Source: an uncultured Verrucomicrobiae bacterium
GTDB taxonomy: Bacteria > Verrucomicrobiota > Verrucomicrobiia > Chthoniobacterales > UBA10450
Reading direction: 5' to 3'
NCBI GenBank assembly: GCA_963735805.1
Contig: CAVTMK010000002.1
Coordinates: 1,536,001 to 1,600,000 of the forward strand
DNA length: 64,000 nt
The translations under genes and the position numbers were made by a program. Position 1 is the stretch's first letter, and each line of letters starts with the position of its first letter. The notes under the pieces are model-generated. The model saw only the letters and a program-made list of their open reading frames with translations. It had not been told where the DNA came from and made no database searches. This document shows, piece after piece, positions 17,934 to 28,407 of the stretch.

Positions 17934-19649
17934 CTAAGGCCTCGGCGGTGGCGTCCCCTCTCCTTTTTTCTTTGTGGGTTTCCCCTGCCCCTGCTCAGGC
18001 GCAGCCGGCGCACCGGTTCGTGGCTGCCCGGCAGGTTGACCGTAGGCGCCTTGCGCGTTCTCTCTTCCACCCTGGATCTCGCTGGTCCTTGCGCTGCCAG
18101 GCGGGGCGGTCGGAGGTTTGTTGCCGCCAGGTTGCCCACGCTCTTTGGCGCCTCGCGCTTCGCCGGAGCCCGTGCCTGTAGGAGGCGTACCCGGCTGAGC
18201 CGACCCCGGCTGTCCCCGCACCGCGCCACCCCGACTCTCGCGCACACCTTCGCCGGCTGGAGGTGTTGACCTTCGGGGCTCGGTTCCGAAACCTTTACCG
18301 CGCCCTTGCGCTGGAGTGTTAGCGGGAGGGGCGGGTTGTCTCGGGGCCGGACCGAAACTGCTTTGCGGCTTACCGTGTTGAGGTGGCGGTGGCGGCGGTG
18401 ACGGTCGGAAGGCCGGCGGCGCGGCTTCGCCCGGCACCCCTGCCGGACTGGTTGTTACTCCGGGTCGAGGTCTAACCCCGGGCTCGCCCGTTCTGCCTTT
18501 GCCTCGTTCAAATGGTGTAGGCGAAACCCGTGCTGGTGGTCCTGCTGGTTTTACTCCTGGCGGCGTAGGCCTTGCGCCAGAAGGCGTTCCTCTTGCCCCT
18601 GGAAGCACGCGACCGGGTTTGCCTCCTGGCCCGGGTGAAACAGGCGCCCCGCCAGTGGCAAGAGGCGTTAGACTCGCACCTGCTGCCGGCAGCGGCTTCC
18701 CCCGTGCACGTGTGGCGGTGCCAGTCGGCGGAGCAACGTTCTTGGGATTTTCAGTCTTAATCTTTTGTTTCAGTTGCGCCTCATTAGAAACTCCCGCCCA
18801 CCCGCGGTTGAGCTTCGGTTGCGCAACTTTGGTTTTCACAGTTGGAGGCTTCGCGGTCGGGGGCGCCTTTGCGAGTCTGGCCGGGGCAGCAACAAGTAGT
18901 TTGTTCCCCTGCACCTTGGTAAGCGCCCCGGATTTGGCAGCCGCAGAGAGATTAGTTGCCGATTGTCGTTCAATGTTGAGCCGCTGAATCGGCCGCGCTG
19001 AGTGCGCACTTAGTACCTCGTAATTCGGCCCGTAATTGTAGACCACATTGTTTTGGACGGTGATATTCGTCACGTTCACCGTGTTATTAATATAAGTGAC
19101 GTTCTGCGCTGGCGGGGCGATGTAATTGCGCAACACCGGTTCCCCGATGTAACGGACCTCGCAGAAATTGTAATATTGCGGACCGATATCGAACTCGATG
19201 TCCACCTGCGGACCAATCGGGCGTCCCTCATAAACGATTCCCGGACCCCGCGGAGGCAATGGTGCCCAGCCGACATAATCACCGCCAGTCCGCCAGGAGA
19301 CCCACGCCGGTCCCCAGTCGAGATCATCTCCTGGAAACCAAATCCATCCGTAGTCTGAGAGGTTCGCCCAGCGACCGTAGTGATAAGTGGCCCAGCCGAA
19401 ATCCTCGTACGAGATCCATGTCCAACCGTCGTCCGTGTAAGCCCAGTAACCGTCGGCGTACGGGCGCCAATTGGAATCATTTACAGCCAGGTCCGGTTGC
19501 CAGCCGTATCCGTAGCCTTCAACGTCAATCCAATTTCCGCCTGACAGATTATCGTAAAAGTAATCAACCGATACATCGGCTCCCCTCGCGGGCTGAAGAG
19601 CAGACGCACCAAAAGCAGCCATCGCTAATGCAATCAGAAATTTTTTCAT
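17934..19649 (-). CDS. Secreted protein with W/Y/G-rich N-domain (DUF6600-like) and a long Pro/Gly-rich tail
   Basis: Signal peptide; WRPY..GYW.YT..GWTW.S...FGWATYHYGRW; WGPAWVSWR; VGWAPLPP. Confidence 0.85.
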   Translation of the reverse strand: MKKFLIALAMAAFGASALQPARGADVSVDYFYDNLSGGNWIDVEGYGYGWQPDLAVNDSNWRPYADGYWAYTDDGWTWISYEDFGWATYHYGRWANLSDYGWIWFPGDDLDWGPAWVSWRTGGDYVGWAPLPPRGPGIVYEGRPIGPQVDIEFDIGPQYYNFCEVRYIGEPVLRNYIAPPAQNVTYINNTVNVTNITVQNNVVYNYGPNYEVLSAHSARPIQRLNIERQSATNLSAAAKSGALTKVQGNKLLVAAPARLAKAPPTAKPPTVKTKVAQPKLNRGWAGVSNEAQLKQKIKTENPKNVAPPTGTATRARGKPLPAAGASLTPLATGGAPVSPGPGGKPGRVLPGARGTPSGARPTPPGVKPAGPPARVSPTPFERGKGRTGEPGVRPRPGVTTSPAGVPGEAAPPAFRPSPPPPPPQHGKPQSSFGPAPRQPAPPANTPAQGRGKGFGTEPRRSTPPAGEGVRESRGGAVRGQPGSAQPGTPPTGTGSGEARGAKERGQPGGNKPPTAPPGSARTSEIQGGRENAQGAYGQPAGQPRTGAPAAPEQGQGKPTKKKGEGTPPPRP

Positions 19650-19994
19650 AGATTTTCAGAAATCGTTATGAGGCGTTCGACTGAACTGCCTCGGGCTTTA
19701 TTCACCATATGATTCGAAAAGCGTACTCTAGTCGCGCGTGGGAGCGAGCGCAGATGAGATTTCCTTCGTCGTTCGGCATGCTTGCGTGCGAATCACGAAA
19801 CTAGAAGCGCGAGTCAATTTCGAAAATCAAATGACGACGGTTCGAGGCAGCGATTTGAATGCGCGAGACAGAGTTCTGGTCGCACTGTTCCTCTGCGGCT
19901 CGCCTAAGCACCTAAGAAGCTCACCGTTGGTATGCACATTTTCCGAGAACTTCTCAGCGCGATTGACGGAGTAAAAGATAAGGGAGTATCAAAA

Positions 19995-20282
19995 ATGCTA
20001 ACAAACCTAAAGGGTCGCGGAAACAAAATTAGATGCATCTTCTTAGTTGGAATTCTTTGCGGAGTGATCGTGGCAGCCGCGCTAACATTCGCAGTAGCGA
20101 TTCCGGCAACTAATACCCGTTGGCAGATTGAAATAGTAAAACGCGGGGGCGGTGCCTGGTTTTTCGATAAGAACGGCCACCTCGGGTGGATGTGGACTGT
20201 CGAACCGACGGCAAGTGTTGGTCAACGAAAGCGAATTGTCGTACCGCCACACCACTCAAATGCTCCCATCCAGCGATTGTAG
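19995..20282 (+). CDS. Small membrane-anchored hypothetical protein
   Basis: SD AAGGGAG before ATG 19995; one hydrophobic helix. Confidence 0.5.
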   Translation: MLTNLKGRGNKIRCIFLVGILCGVIVAAALTFAVAIPATNTRWQIEIVKRGGGAWFFDKNGHLGWMWTVEPTASVGQRKRIVVPPHHSNAPIQRL

Positions 20283-20438
20283 ATCAGCTGGAGTTCCATT
20301 CGAGAGACGATTGACGGCAACGCGGAAAAGTCAGTCCACGTCTTTTGCGACATTTTCGCAGATATCGTCGAAGCGGAAACGCTTCAAAAGATCTTTTATC
20401 TTTTGTTAAGGAAGTAGCTGTCTGAACGCAGCAGAAAT

Positions 20439-20474
20439 AAAACGCCCTGTCGGAATCTCCAGGCAGGGCGTTTT
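20439..20474. terminator. Bidirectional intrinsic terminator
   Basis: AAAACGCCCTG...CAGGGCGTTTT between convergent genes. Confidence 0.75.
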
Positions 20475-20502
20475 AAAGCTAATTAACGCAATCCTTGTCG
20501 AG

Positions 20503-21276
20503 TTACTGTGGCGGCAGTCTAAGGTTCGCCGTGGCCAACCACGGATCAGCGGGGGTACCGGAAGCATTAGAAGTAACGTTGTAAGTATGTCCAGGGCGCT
20601 TTACAAAACTTGTTGTCGGCAGAGTCTGGTCATCGACAGTCATAACGCGTCCGCTGCCGTCAACAAAGATAATGATAGCCTTTTTCCCTTTCCAGACGCC
20701 ACCTTTGGCAGACTGCACGTTTGTGTAAGTCACGTCGCCTTCAGCGGCGGCCGTACCTGCGTCGGCGATCAATGGAAACTGCGGGTTCGCTGTGTCGTTC
20801 AGCGCGGTTATGTATTCATATCCGCACTCCCCCTGTTTAAGCGTATCGGTCCGCCCAGCGGCGCCCGCTGCGTCTATTTTGTTATCCGGCGGATTGGGAC
20901 ACCAAGCTGAACCTGGTACAGAAAAAACATCCTCGCTGGTGAGGTAATTCGGAAAGAGCCACCACAACGCATCATTAGAAAAGTTGCCGCCAGCAAGATC
21001 CGTCGCAGTTGCGTAATCCGCAGCAGGCTGCTTGTTTGGAAATACGCCGTCGTGGTCAGTAGCGAACTGTTTCAAGGCCAGGGCGATTTGTTTGCCGTTG
21101 GACATGTCCTTGGTTTGCTTGCCACGCTCCTGCACAAGGCTAAACGCAGGAAGCGCGATGCTGGCCAGAATGGCGATAATCGCAATAACGACCAGAAGTT
21201 CAATCAACGTAAAAGCACTGATGCGCTGACGTTGCTTTAGGAGGGAATGTTTTGAGGAGGTTTTATTTAGTTTCAT
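20503..21276 (-). CDS. Prepilin-type N-terminal cleavage/methylation protein (pilin-like)
   Basis: AFTLIELLVVIAIIAILASIALP; late segment AIIIFVDGS. Confidence 0.9.
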   Translation of the reverse strand: MKLNKTSSKHSLLKQRQRISAFTLIELLVVIAIIAILASIALPAFSLVQERGKQTKDMSNGKQIALALKQFATDHDGVFPNKQPAADYATATDLAGGNFSNDALWWLFPNYLTSEDVFSVPGSAWCPNPPDNKIDAAGAAGRTDTLKQGECGYEYITALNDTANPQFPLIADAGTAAAEGDVTYTNVQSAKGGVWKGKKAIIIFVDGSGRVMTVDDQTLPTTSFVKRPGHTYNVTSNASGTPADPWLATANLRLPPQ

Positions 21277-21448
21277 AGGTTTTGGTTGAGAGTGGCGCGG
21301 GTTATCTCATTGTTCACAGATTAAGTCAATACTATTTTTTTTGAGCTTTTCTTGGCTGCCGGTTACAGCTATCATTCACGAACGCCATCGGCGTTAACAA
21401 TCAGCTATAAACTATCAACCCCGAACGCTTTGGAGATCAACTGCTTCC

Positions 21449-24403
21449 CTATTTTTTATACGCGGGCGCTTCGGGCAAGGCGGGGGGCAGCAAGCCCTCT
21501 TCTTCCTCTTCCTCATTGTTGAATGCAAGGCCAGAAGGGGTGATCACACGCGCGGTGACGAATATGACTAGATTTCGTTTGATGTGCTGCTCAGCATTCG
21601 TCCGAAAGAGCCGGCCAATCAACGGAATGTCGCCAACGATCGGCGTTTTATCTTCTGTCTTTTGCACGTCTTCGCGCATTAACCCGCCGAGTACAACTGT
21701 TTGGCCATCGTAGACGCTGACGCTTGTCGTCACTTTGCGTGTGCTGAACACAGGCTGGTTAATCACATTCTCGGTAAGCAGAACGGGAACAGACGTCGAT
21801 ATGACGCCGCCGACAGTGTTAACGCCCACCGCATTAATTGGGCTCCCGTAATTAATGAACCCTTCGAATTCGACGACCTGCGGCACCAGGTTCAGATCGA
21901 TGGTCGTCGCGTCGCCTCCCACTACCGGCTCAACCTCCAACGTTACCCCTGTGTTTCGCGTCTCCCAGTTCTGAGGCGTCGTCGGCGTCACAACAACGGG
22001 AACAGTTGTCGCTCCTCCGACAACGGTGTTTCCAGTGCTGCTACTGATCGACGGAACCTGTGGCGGAGTAAACGTACTTGGATAACGAAATTCTCTTACT
22101 ACTTCGATGATGGCGCGCTGGCCACTCTTTGTTGTCACTCTGGGTGCCGAAAGAAGATCAATGCCTTTCTTTTGGTTTAGCGCGCGAATGACGACCTGAA
22201 ATTGCGGGTCGGTGAAAACGCCGGCCAATCCAAAAATTCCCGGTGCCACGCCACTCGCGCCTGGAAATAGCAGGGCATCGAGGGCGTTCGCGCCGATCGC
22301 CAGGCCACCACTGCGGTTTCCACCGGTTACAGGAAATTGACCAATTGGCTGCCCGGGCAGGGTATCACCAACCGGCTGGGTAGTGGTGTTAACGAATGGA
22401 AAATTACCGGGAGCAGCTGCCGGCGAGTTTACCGAAGTGCCGCCAGCTCCGAAGACTTTATGATTGCCGATGTTGAATGGCCCGAGCAGCCAGTCGAATC
22501 CGAGTTCCTTGAGATTATTTTGGGTAATCTCAATGAACTTCGACTCAATTTCGACCTGTTTAGGCTGCGACGCGTTAGCCTGATCAACCAAGGCATCGAC
22601 CATGTCCAAATTGTCTTGCGTGTTCCGAACAATCAGGATGCCACTGTGCGGCCAGAAGGTTGCGCTCGCTTCGTCTTTGCGGCCATCTGCTAAGGTTACC
22701 TCAGGAAACTGTACTCCCATACTTTGCAACATCGTTCTAGCGTCAGCGCGACCGACGAGCTGACGGTCATTGAGTAAGTGCTGTCGCGTGCTGGTGGTCC
22801 CTTGAGCGGAAAATATGTTGGCCGCACCACCAGCACCGACTCCAGAGGTGGTCTGATAACTTGCTTGCTGTTTCTCGATTACGTTCTCGGCGACCGGTGC
22901 AGGCTGTGCCGCCTGACCCTGAGCTGAGCCTTGACCTCCACCCAGCTGGCTGCCTTCAAGATAGTACCCGACGTCAAGTGGACCCCCGAAGAATTCCGGT
23001 GGGACGTGATACCGTTTAACGAGAAGATCACTGCTCTGTTCGGTTTTGGGGACGAGAGCCACGGCATAGGATTCAACTTTCAGTTTCAACCCAGCCTGAT
23101 TTGCGATGTAACGGAGTGCTTCTCCGAGCGGGATTTGATTTAGCTCAATATTTATGTTTCCCCGCTCCGGTGGAGGCGCCGCAGGTTGAGCGGCTGGTTG
23201 ACCAGCGCCGGCTGGAGCCGTGCCAGTTTGGGGCGCACCGCTTGCCGAGGCGCCAGTTGCTGGAGCGTTGGATGCTGCTGTCCCGGGATTAGCGGTGGTC
23301 GCCGGTGCCTGAGGAGCACCGGCGGGTGGCGTGATCACTCGCTGGACCGCGACCGAAGCAGGTAACACGATATTGACGCCTCTCTTACCTTCCACGGAAG
23401 GGTCATTCTCGACTGCCTGTTCCCGCAAAAAATCGATTGCCTCGCGGAGACTGGCATCGCGAAATTCGATGCGCGGAATAATGATTGTGTTCAGCTTATT
23501 GGTTATCTGCGCCGTGCCCCCTAAAGTTCTTTGTGCGCCAACGGCGGCTGGCTCGCCCGTTTGTCCATATCTGTGGACTGGCTGTTCCCAGGCCTTCTCC
23601 ACCTGCCAAAGCTGACGCGATCGTGTCTCGTTGTAGGCTTCTACGCCGTATTTGTATTTGGTATTATTTACCTTCTCCTGGCCGCGCCGGGCTGCAGTGT
23701 TGTAGGGATCAAGAGCAAGCACCTGGTCGTATCGTTTCATTGCAAGGTCGTACCGGCCGGATTGGTAAAAGCCGTCGGCTTCTGTGAGCAGTTGTTTTAC
23801 TTGCTCGACCTTTTCGATAAAGGTCGGGCTCGTTGTCTTGTTGAAGTAGCCGGGTTGCCTCAGATGCGAGTAAAGTTCCTGCGCTGAACGACACTTGGGA
23901 TCGTAGCGGTCGCTTAGAATTTCACTCAGGATTGCCTCAGCATCGGCATATCTTCCTTCTGCGATGCGGGCTTCGGCCAGGATGACGCCGCTTTTGCAAA
24001 AGCCTTCGACAGCTTCGTCGTGTGCTTTTCCGGACACGACTGCGTCAGGCAGAGACATGACTGCGGTTCTGAATTCTTCGTGAGCGGCACCATAGTCCTT
24101 CGCTTTCATTGCAGCCTGGCCTCGCGCCAGGGCTGCTTCGCCCTGCGGTATCGTCATCTGACGTCGTTGCACTTCGCGTTCCGCAACACTGTCCGCCGTT
24201 TGGGCAAAGCTCGACACACAAATCAACGAAAGGCCGGTCACGATGAAACAGAAGATAACAAAGGGAGCGAAGTCTCGAACTAATGGAGGAGCCAGCTCCC
24301 GCGAGCGTGCCTTCGTTAGCTTCGTTTCCTTCTGTTTATTACCTAACGGATTGCAGCCGGTGCGGCTGCCTCTATAGCGGGCAGATTGCGGGGTAGTTTT
24401 CAT
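21449..24403 (-). CDS. Secretin with TPR N-region (Amuc_1098-like pilus outer-membrane protein)
   Basis: QVEIESKFIEI, LLSAPRVTTKSGQ, DGQTVVLGGL, KTPIVGDIPLIGRLF, LVIFVTARVI. Confidence 0.92.
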   Translation of the reverse strand: MKTTPQSARYRGSRTGCNPLGNKQKETKLTKARSRELAPPLVRDFAPFVIFCFIVTGLSLICVSSFAQTADSVAEREVQRRQMTIPQGEAALARGQAAMKAKDYGAAHEEFRTAVMSLPDAVVSGKAHDEAVEGFCKSGVILAEARIAEGRYADAEAILSEILSDRYDPKCRSAQELYSHLRQPGYFNKTTSPTFIEKVEQVKQLLTEADGFYQSGRYDLAMKRYDQVLALDPYNTAARRGQEKVNNTKYKYGVEAYNETRSRQLWQVEKAWEQPVHRYGQTGEPAAVGAQRTLGGTAQITNKLNTIIIPRIEFRDASLREAIDFLREQAVENDPSVEGKRGVNIVLPASVAVQRVITPPAGAPQAPATTANPGTAASNAPATGASASGAPQTGTAPAGAGQPAAQPAAPPPERGNINIELNQIPLGEALRYIANQAGLKLKVESYAVALVPKTEQSSDLLVKRYHVPPEFFGGPLDVGYYLEGSQLGGGQGSAQGQAAQPAPVAENVIEKQQASYQTTSGVGAGGAANIFSAQGTTSTRQHLLNDRQLVGRADARTMLQSMGVQFPEVTLADGRKDEASATFWPHSGILIVRNTQDNLDMVDALVDQANASQPKQVEIESKFIEITQNNLKELGFDWLLGPFNIGNHKVFGAGGTSVNSPAAAPGNFPFVNTTTQPVGDTLPGQPIGQFPVTGGNRSGGLAIGANALDALLFPGASGVAPGIFGLAGVFTDPQFQVVIRALNQKKGIDLLSAPRVTTKSGQRAIIEVVREFRYPSTFTPPQVPSISSSTGNTVVGGATTVPVVVTPTTPQNWETRNTGVTLEVEPVVGGDATTIDLNLVPQVVEFEGFINYGSPINAVGVNTVGGVISTSVPVLLTENVINQPVFSTRKVTTSVSVYDGQTVVLGGLMREDVQKTEDKTPIVGDIPLIGRLFRTNAEQHIKRNLVIFVTARVITPSGLAFNNEEEEEEGLLPPALPEAPAYKK
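24246..24337. repeat. Imperfect palindromic element inside the 5' part of the secretin ORF
   Basis: AAACAGAAGATAACAAAGGGAGCGAAG ... CTTCGTTAGCTTCGTTTCCTTCTGTTT, 21/27 complementary. Confidence 0.7.
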
Positions 24404-24440
24404 AGGAGGAGTTACGGAGAGTGAGGATTTTCATGAGTAG

Positions 24441-25391
24441 TTAAGGCGGAACAAAACCGATCTCGATCCGCGCGTTTGGCTTTTGCGTATTCACGATTAC
24501 GGCTTTGTTTGGCTGCACATCCACGAGCTTGTAATTGATCTCTTCTACGGGTTTCAAGGAAAATTCTTGATCTTTTCTTACCTCGAACTCGCGGCGCCCG
24601 CCCCAGGCATAGACAAAAGTAGCCACCGACTGTGGCGAGGTGGCCACCTTTTCTTTCACCAAAGTGACCTGTACGTGGGTATCCTTGTGTTCGAGCAGCA
24701 ATTCGGAAACATCGACGTTGGTGCCGTACTGATTGCGCGCGTGTTTCTCAGTGAACTTTACGATTTTGAAATCTGTTCCACGGATGGTGTCTCCTATTTT
24801 TAGGAATTGCGTCGGCTCGCTCTCGTCGATTGTGTTGAGCGCAAAAGTTCCGTGGACCCACGATTCGAAGATAAATCGAAACGGCTCTTCAGCGGCGGAC
24901 ACCAGATGTAATTTTGTAAGATAATCCGGATGCGAATCCTTACTTGTTGGATCGGTGCCTCCCTGCCATTCATCCAGATTCGTGAATCCGTCGCTATCAG
25001 GGTCCTGCTCGAGTGCGTCGGCATCCTGGATCGATAAGCCAAATTTTTCGAACCAATCGTTCGGGACAGGCGGATGCACTTGCGTGTTTTTCAGGGTTGC
25101 AGGCAGTCCGTTTGCGCCAATGAAATGTTTTTCCGGAACAAAAAGCCCGGAGCGTGTACTGGATTTCCACTGTGAAGGATGTTCAAGACGCTCCGCGGCG
25201 CGATCGAGCTCCGTTGATACAGGCGGCGGTGATGCGTTCTTCGGCGGCGGCCCGGGTTGCGACACCAAACGATTCCGAAACTCGATGGCGTTCCACCAGA
25301 TGGAGATGGAAGAGATGAAAAGAAAAATCCCAGCGGCAATCAGCGCAACCCGATCGTAATGCGCTTTAATCCAAGCCAAGGTTTTCGCCAT
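24441..25391 (-). CDS. Amuc_1099-like pilus system protein
   Basis: N-terminal TM; DPDSDGFTNLDEW..GTDP..KDSHP Ca-binding-type repeat; position in the cluster. Confidence 0.75.
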   Translation of the reverse strand: MAKTLAWIKAHYDRVALIAAGIFLFISSISIWWNAIEFRNRLVSQPGPPPKNASPPPVSTELDRAAERLEHPSQWKSSTRSGLFVPEKHFIGANGLPATLKNTQVHPPVPNDWFEKFGLSIQDADALEQDPDSDGFTNLDEWQGGTDPTSKDSHPDYLTKLHLVSAAEEPFRFIFESWVHGTFALNTIDESEPTQFLKIGDTIRGTDFKIVKFTEKHARNQYGTNVDVSELLLEHKDTHVQVTLVKEKVATSPQSVATFVYAWGGRREFEVRKDQEFSLKPVEEINYKLVDVQPNKAVIVNTQKPNARIEIGFVPP

Positions 25392-25559
25392 GCCTAGTCA
25401 CCAGGGCGAGCATTTAATCATCCGCGTCCGCAAATACCAGATCTAAATTTTCGCGGCCGGCGCAGGAACAAAACGAGCAACCACGGATTACACAGATAAA
25501 ATTCAGGCACGAAAATCAGGTTTCTTGTGTTCAGACCGCCATGCGGACGCAACACGCGT

Positions 25560-26474
25560 TTAAAAACCAAATCTCAGCATTTCGATCGTGGCTGAGACTT
25601 CGACGTGCTCGTTGCCCACTATGAAATTTAATGGCGCGCCGCTGCCCGGCTGCGCGGAAGCCATCTGCTGGGTTTGAGTCGGAGTTGGTGTTTCGTTTGT
25701 TTGGCGTGGAGGGCCTTTATCTTTTTCATTGTGCACGTACAGCGTGCGGATGATGAAAACTTGCCCGCTTGAATTCGCGATTTCGTTCAAGACTTTGCGC
25801 GCTGCACCGGGCGTGGCCTTGAAGCTTAGATCGACAACGTTTCGTTGAATTAATGCTGGCGATGGCGAGCTTGTTTTGGTCGCTGCAACCGTCCGACCAG
25901 CCGCTGGCGATGGCGTCGGAGTCGGTGAAGCGCCACGCTCTTCAGGCAAGGGCGCGCGGCGCAAAGAAGTTAGGCTATCCACCTTTGCGTCCAGCAGAAT
26001 ATTTATCAGCATCTGAATTTGGGAAAGCTCCTGCCCAAGGAGCGGCGCCACGGGTGTGTCTGGCAATGCCGTGGCAAACTCATCAAAGCCGAGCTGAAAT
26101 TTGTCTGGAAGCCTTACATTGTTACTCTGCGCTCTGTTGAGTGTGGCAACTGTCGCCTGGCGCAGACGCGATTGAAAGTCGTTAGGTGCGAGCGGCGGTG
26201 CCGGCACGACCTCCTTTTTTACTTGTTCCTTGAATCTCTCCAGCGCGGTGCCGTATCGATCGAGGTAACCCTGCAGTTTCCGGTAATTAGTCTCATTGGG
26301 AAAGGGATCCAGGTGTTCAAAGCGACTTCTCTCTGCAGCCGCCTGATCGTAAGTTTGCCTTGCATCGCGCCATGTCGCCCATCTCCAATAAAGAACGATA
26401 CCGGCAAATAACACACAGATTCCAAACACGATCAGAAGTGTGCCGAGCGCTCGATTTTGCCGAAGCCAGTTCAT
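25560..26474 (-). CDS. Amuc_1100-like pilus system protein (PilO-like)
   Basis: N-terminal TM, PFPN..N, F.LGFDEF, FIIRTL, FIVGNE; position in the cluster. Confidence 0.75.
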   Translation of the reverse strand: MNWLRQNRALGTLLIVFGICVLFAGIVLYWRWATWRDARQTYDQAAAERSRFEHLDPFPNETNYRKLQGYLDRYGTALERFKEQVKKEVVPAPPLAPNDFQSRLRQATVATLNRAQSNNVRLPDKFQLGFDEFATALPDTPVAPLLGQELSQIQMLINILLDAKVDSLTSLRRAPLPEERGASPTPTPSPAAGRTVAATKTSSPSPALIQRNVVDLSFKATPGAARKVLNEIANSSGQVFIIRTLYVHNEKDKGPPRQTNETPTPTQTQQMASAQPGSGAPLNFIVGNEHVEVSATIEMLRFGF

Positions 26475-26481
26475 GATATGC

Positions 26482-26512
26482 AGAGATGTCTCGACTCAGC
26501 TCGACATGACAA
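26482..26512. repeat. Single arm of the TGTCAT palindromic repeat family
   Basis: AGAGATGTCTCGACTCAGCTCGACATGACAA matches the arms at 40168, 58564 and 62288. Confidence 0.8.
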
Positions 26513-26523
26513 AGACCACCAGT

Positions 26524-28281
26524 TCATGGCAATTTCACTGGCTTACGCAGGGTCAGTTGAAGCTCGTAAGGAAACGCCCATTCCGTATCGTTCGGAACGG
26601 AGTTCGATTTGATCACGCGCTCCGGAGTTTTTGGATCAACAATGAAAAACGGCGAACTTGCCAGGTTGCGTAAGTAATCGACCACAATTTCCTGCTGCTT
26701 TGGATTGTAGAGGTAAAGTCCGCGCACCAGGACGCCATCGATTGATTTCGCTCCGGCAGGAGGCGTTTTCGTTCCCGGGGCAGAAGTTGCCTGTGTGACA
26801 ACCGGGGCCACAATCCCAGCGCGTTTTTCACCCGCTCCCAACAATTTTCCGCCCGAGGTCGCCCCAAGCTCGGTGATCCAAATGTCGGCTTCCGGCAGGC
26901 GCGCATTTAGATCCTCAAGAATTTGCGGCCAGAAGTCGCGATCATCGATCGCGCTAATAAGCGGGCCGGCGACGCCGTCGAGCGAGGTGACTTGTTTTTT
27001 GAGCTTATCCAGCTGTGTTTCCGCTCCTCGCATGGAGGCATTCTTTTGCTGTATCACCTCGACGCTATCCCGCGTCACCTGCGCCGCTCGTGTGTAATAC
27101 ACAGACCATCCCAGTATGGCGAGAACCACGCATGCGGCCGCCGCAATAAAGAATGGCCGGCGTCGCTCCAATTCCTGCCTTCGAACAACAGTTGCCGGAA
27201 GCAGACTTAATTCCATCGGACAGACCGTCACGCCACGCAGCGCCAGGCCAACCAATTCACCGAGAAGATGCGCGGAGTGTACGACGCCCGACGCTGACGC
27301 CGTCTCCGACACAGCTACGTTTCGAAGAGGATTAAAGAACTCGATCGGCAATTGAAATTTCTCGTGAAAAAACTCGCGCATGTAAGGCATGCCTGCTGCT
27401 CCCCCACAAAGAAAGATGCGGTCCGGGTGACTTCCTTCTTGTTGCGCCCGATAGTGGCTGATTGAGCGCATTAACTCCGCGTGCAATCGGGTCAATGTAC
27501 TGCGCGCCAGCTTCGACACGCGAGCAATGTCGTGGTCGGAGGGCTCGGCATAAGCGCCTCCCAACCCGACAAACCCATCTTGCTTCTTGCGAGTTTCTGC
27601 GGCCTCAAAAGATTCGCTAAATTCCCTCGCAATTGCCGTCGTGATTGCGCTGCCGCCAATGGGAAGACTGCGCGAGAAAATTTTTCGAGGATCGATAAAA
27701 AGAACATTGGTGGTGCGCGCCCCGATATCCACCAGCAGCGAGCAGTCACTCACGCTGGGATAGCTATAGCGAAACGCATTATAGAGCGACATCGGCGCCA
27801 CATCGACAGTAGAGGTATGCAGCCCGGCTTCTTCGACTCCTGCGGTGATATCGTCCAGCAAATCAACCTTGATCGCGACCAGGATCACTTGAGTTTGCTC
27901 GTCCATGCCGCCTCCGACCAGCTGGTAATCCCAAACCACATCGTCGATTGGGAACGGAACGTTTTGTTGCGCCTCAAACGCAATGATTTTGTCCAGCTTT
28001 TCTTGTTCGAGCATGGGCAGTTTCACGAAACGGGCAAAAACCGATTGCGCAGGCAACGCGTAATTCACTGCGCCGTGTTTAATGCGGAGCTCGGCCATCA
28101 TTTCACGTACGGCGACTGCTATTCGCGTCCGCCGCACTTCGTCGCTCGTCGGATCGGCAGAAATCTCGCGTAAGCGATAATCCATCAAAACGAGGCCCCC
28201 ATGTGCTTGCAACCGGAACTCCGCCAGACCGATGGTCTGGGACCCGAGATTGAGACTGATCAGGCGCGGCGCGATAGCCAT
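26524..28281 (-). CDS. pilM: PilM-like ATPase fused to a PilN-like region (Amuc_1101-like)
   Basis: FEAQQNVPFPID.V.WDY, VDIGARTT, IGGSAIT, LCGG; then a TM and IWITEL. Confidence 0.88.
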   Translation of the reverse strand: MAIAPRLISLNLGSQTIGLAEFRLQAHGGLVLMDYRLREISADPTSDEVRRTRIAVAVREMMAELRIKHGAVNYALPAQSVFARFVKLPMLEQEKLDKIIAFEAQQNVPFPIDDVVWDYQLVGGGMDEQTQVILVAIKVDLLDDITAGVEEAGLHTSTVDVAPMSLYNAFRYSYPSVSDCSLLVDIGARTTNVLFIDPRKIFSRSLPIGGSAITTAIAREFSESFEAAETRKKQDGFVGLGGAYAEPSDHDIARVSKLARSTLTRLHAELMRSISHYRAQQEGSHPDRIFLCGGAAGMPYMREFFHEKFQLPIEFFNPLRNVAVSETASASGVVHSAHLLGELVGLALRGVTVCPMELSLLPATVVRRQELERRRPFFIAAAACVVLAILGWSVYYTRAAQVTRDSVEVIQQKNASMRGAETQLDKLKKQVTSLDGVAGPLISAIDDRDFWPQILEDLNARLPEADIWITELGATSGGKLLGAGEKRAGIVAPVVTQATSAPGTKTPPAGAKSIDGVLVRGLYLYNPKQQEIVVDYLRNLASSPFFIVDPKTPERVIKSNSVPNDTEWAFPYELQLTLRKPVKLP

Positions 28282-28407
28282 GGCTAAAATTTCTAGAACC
28301 CAAAACCGAAATCCCAAAGAAATTTCAAGCTCGAAATCTTTAAACTGCGAAATCTGATGAATCTCAATGGCGCTTGATTCGCGCCGCGGTCGAGCATTGC
28401 GAACACG

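Noticed and set aside
17549..18269. ORFs over the REP array and antisense to the Pro-rich gene
   Set aside because: Stop-poor GC-rich repeats explain the open frames.
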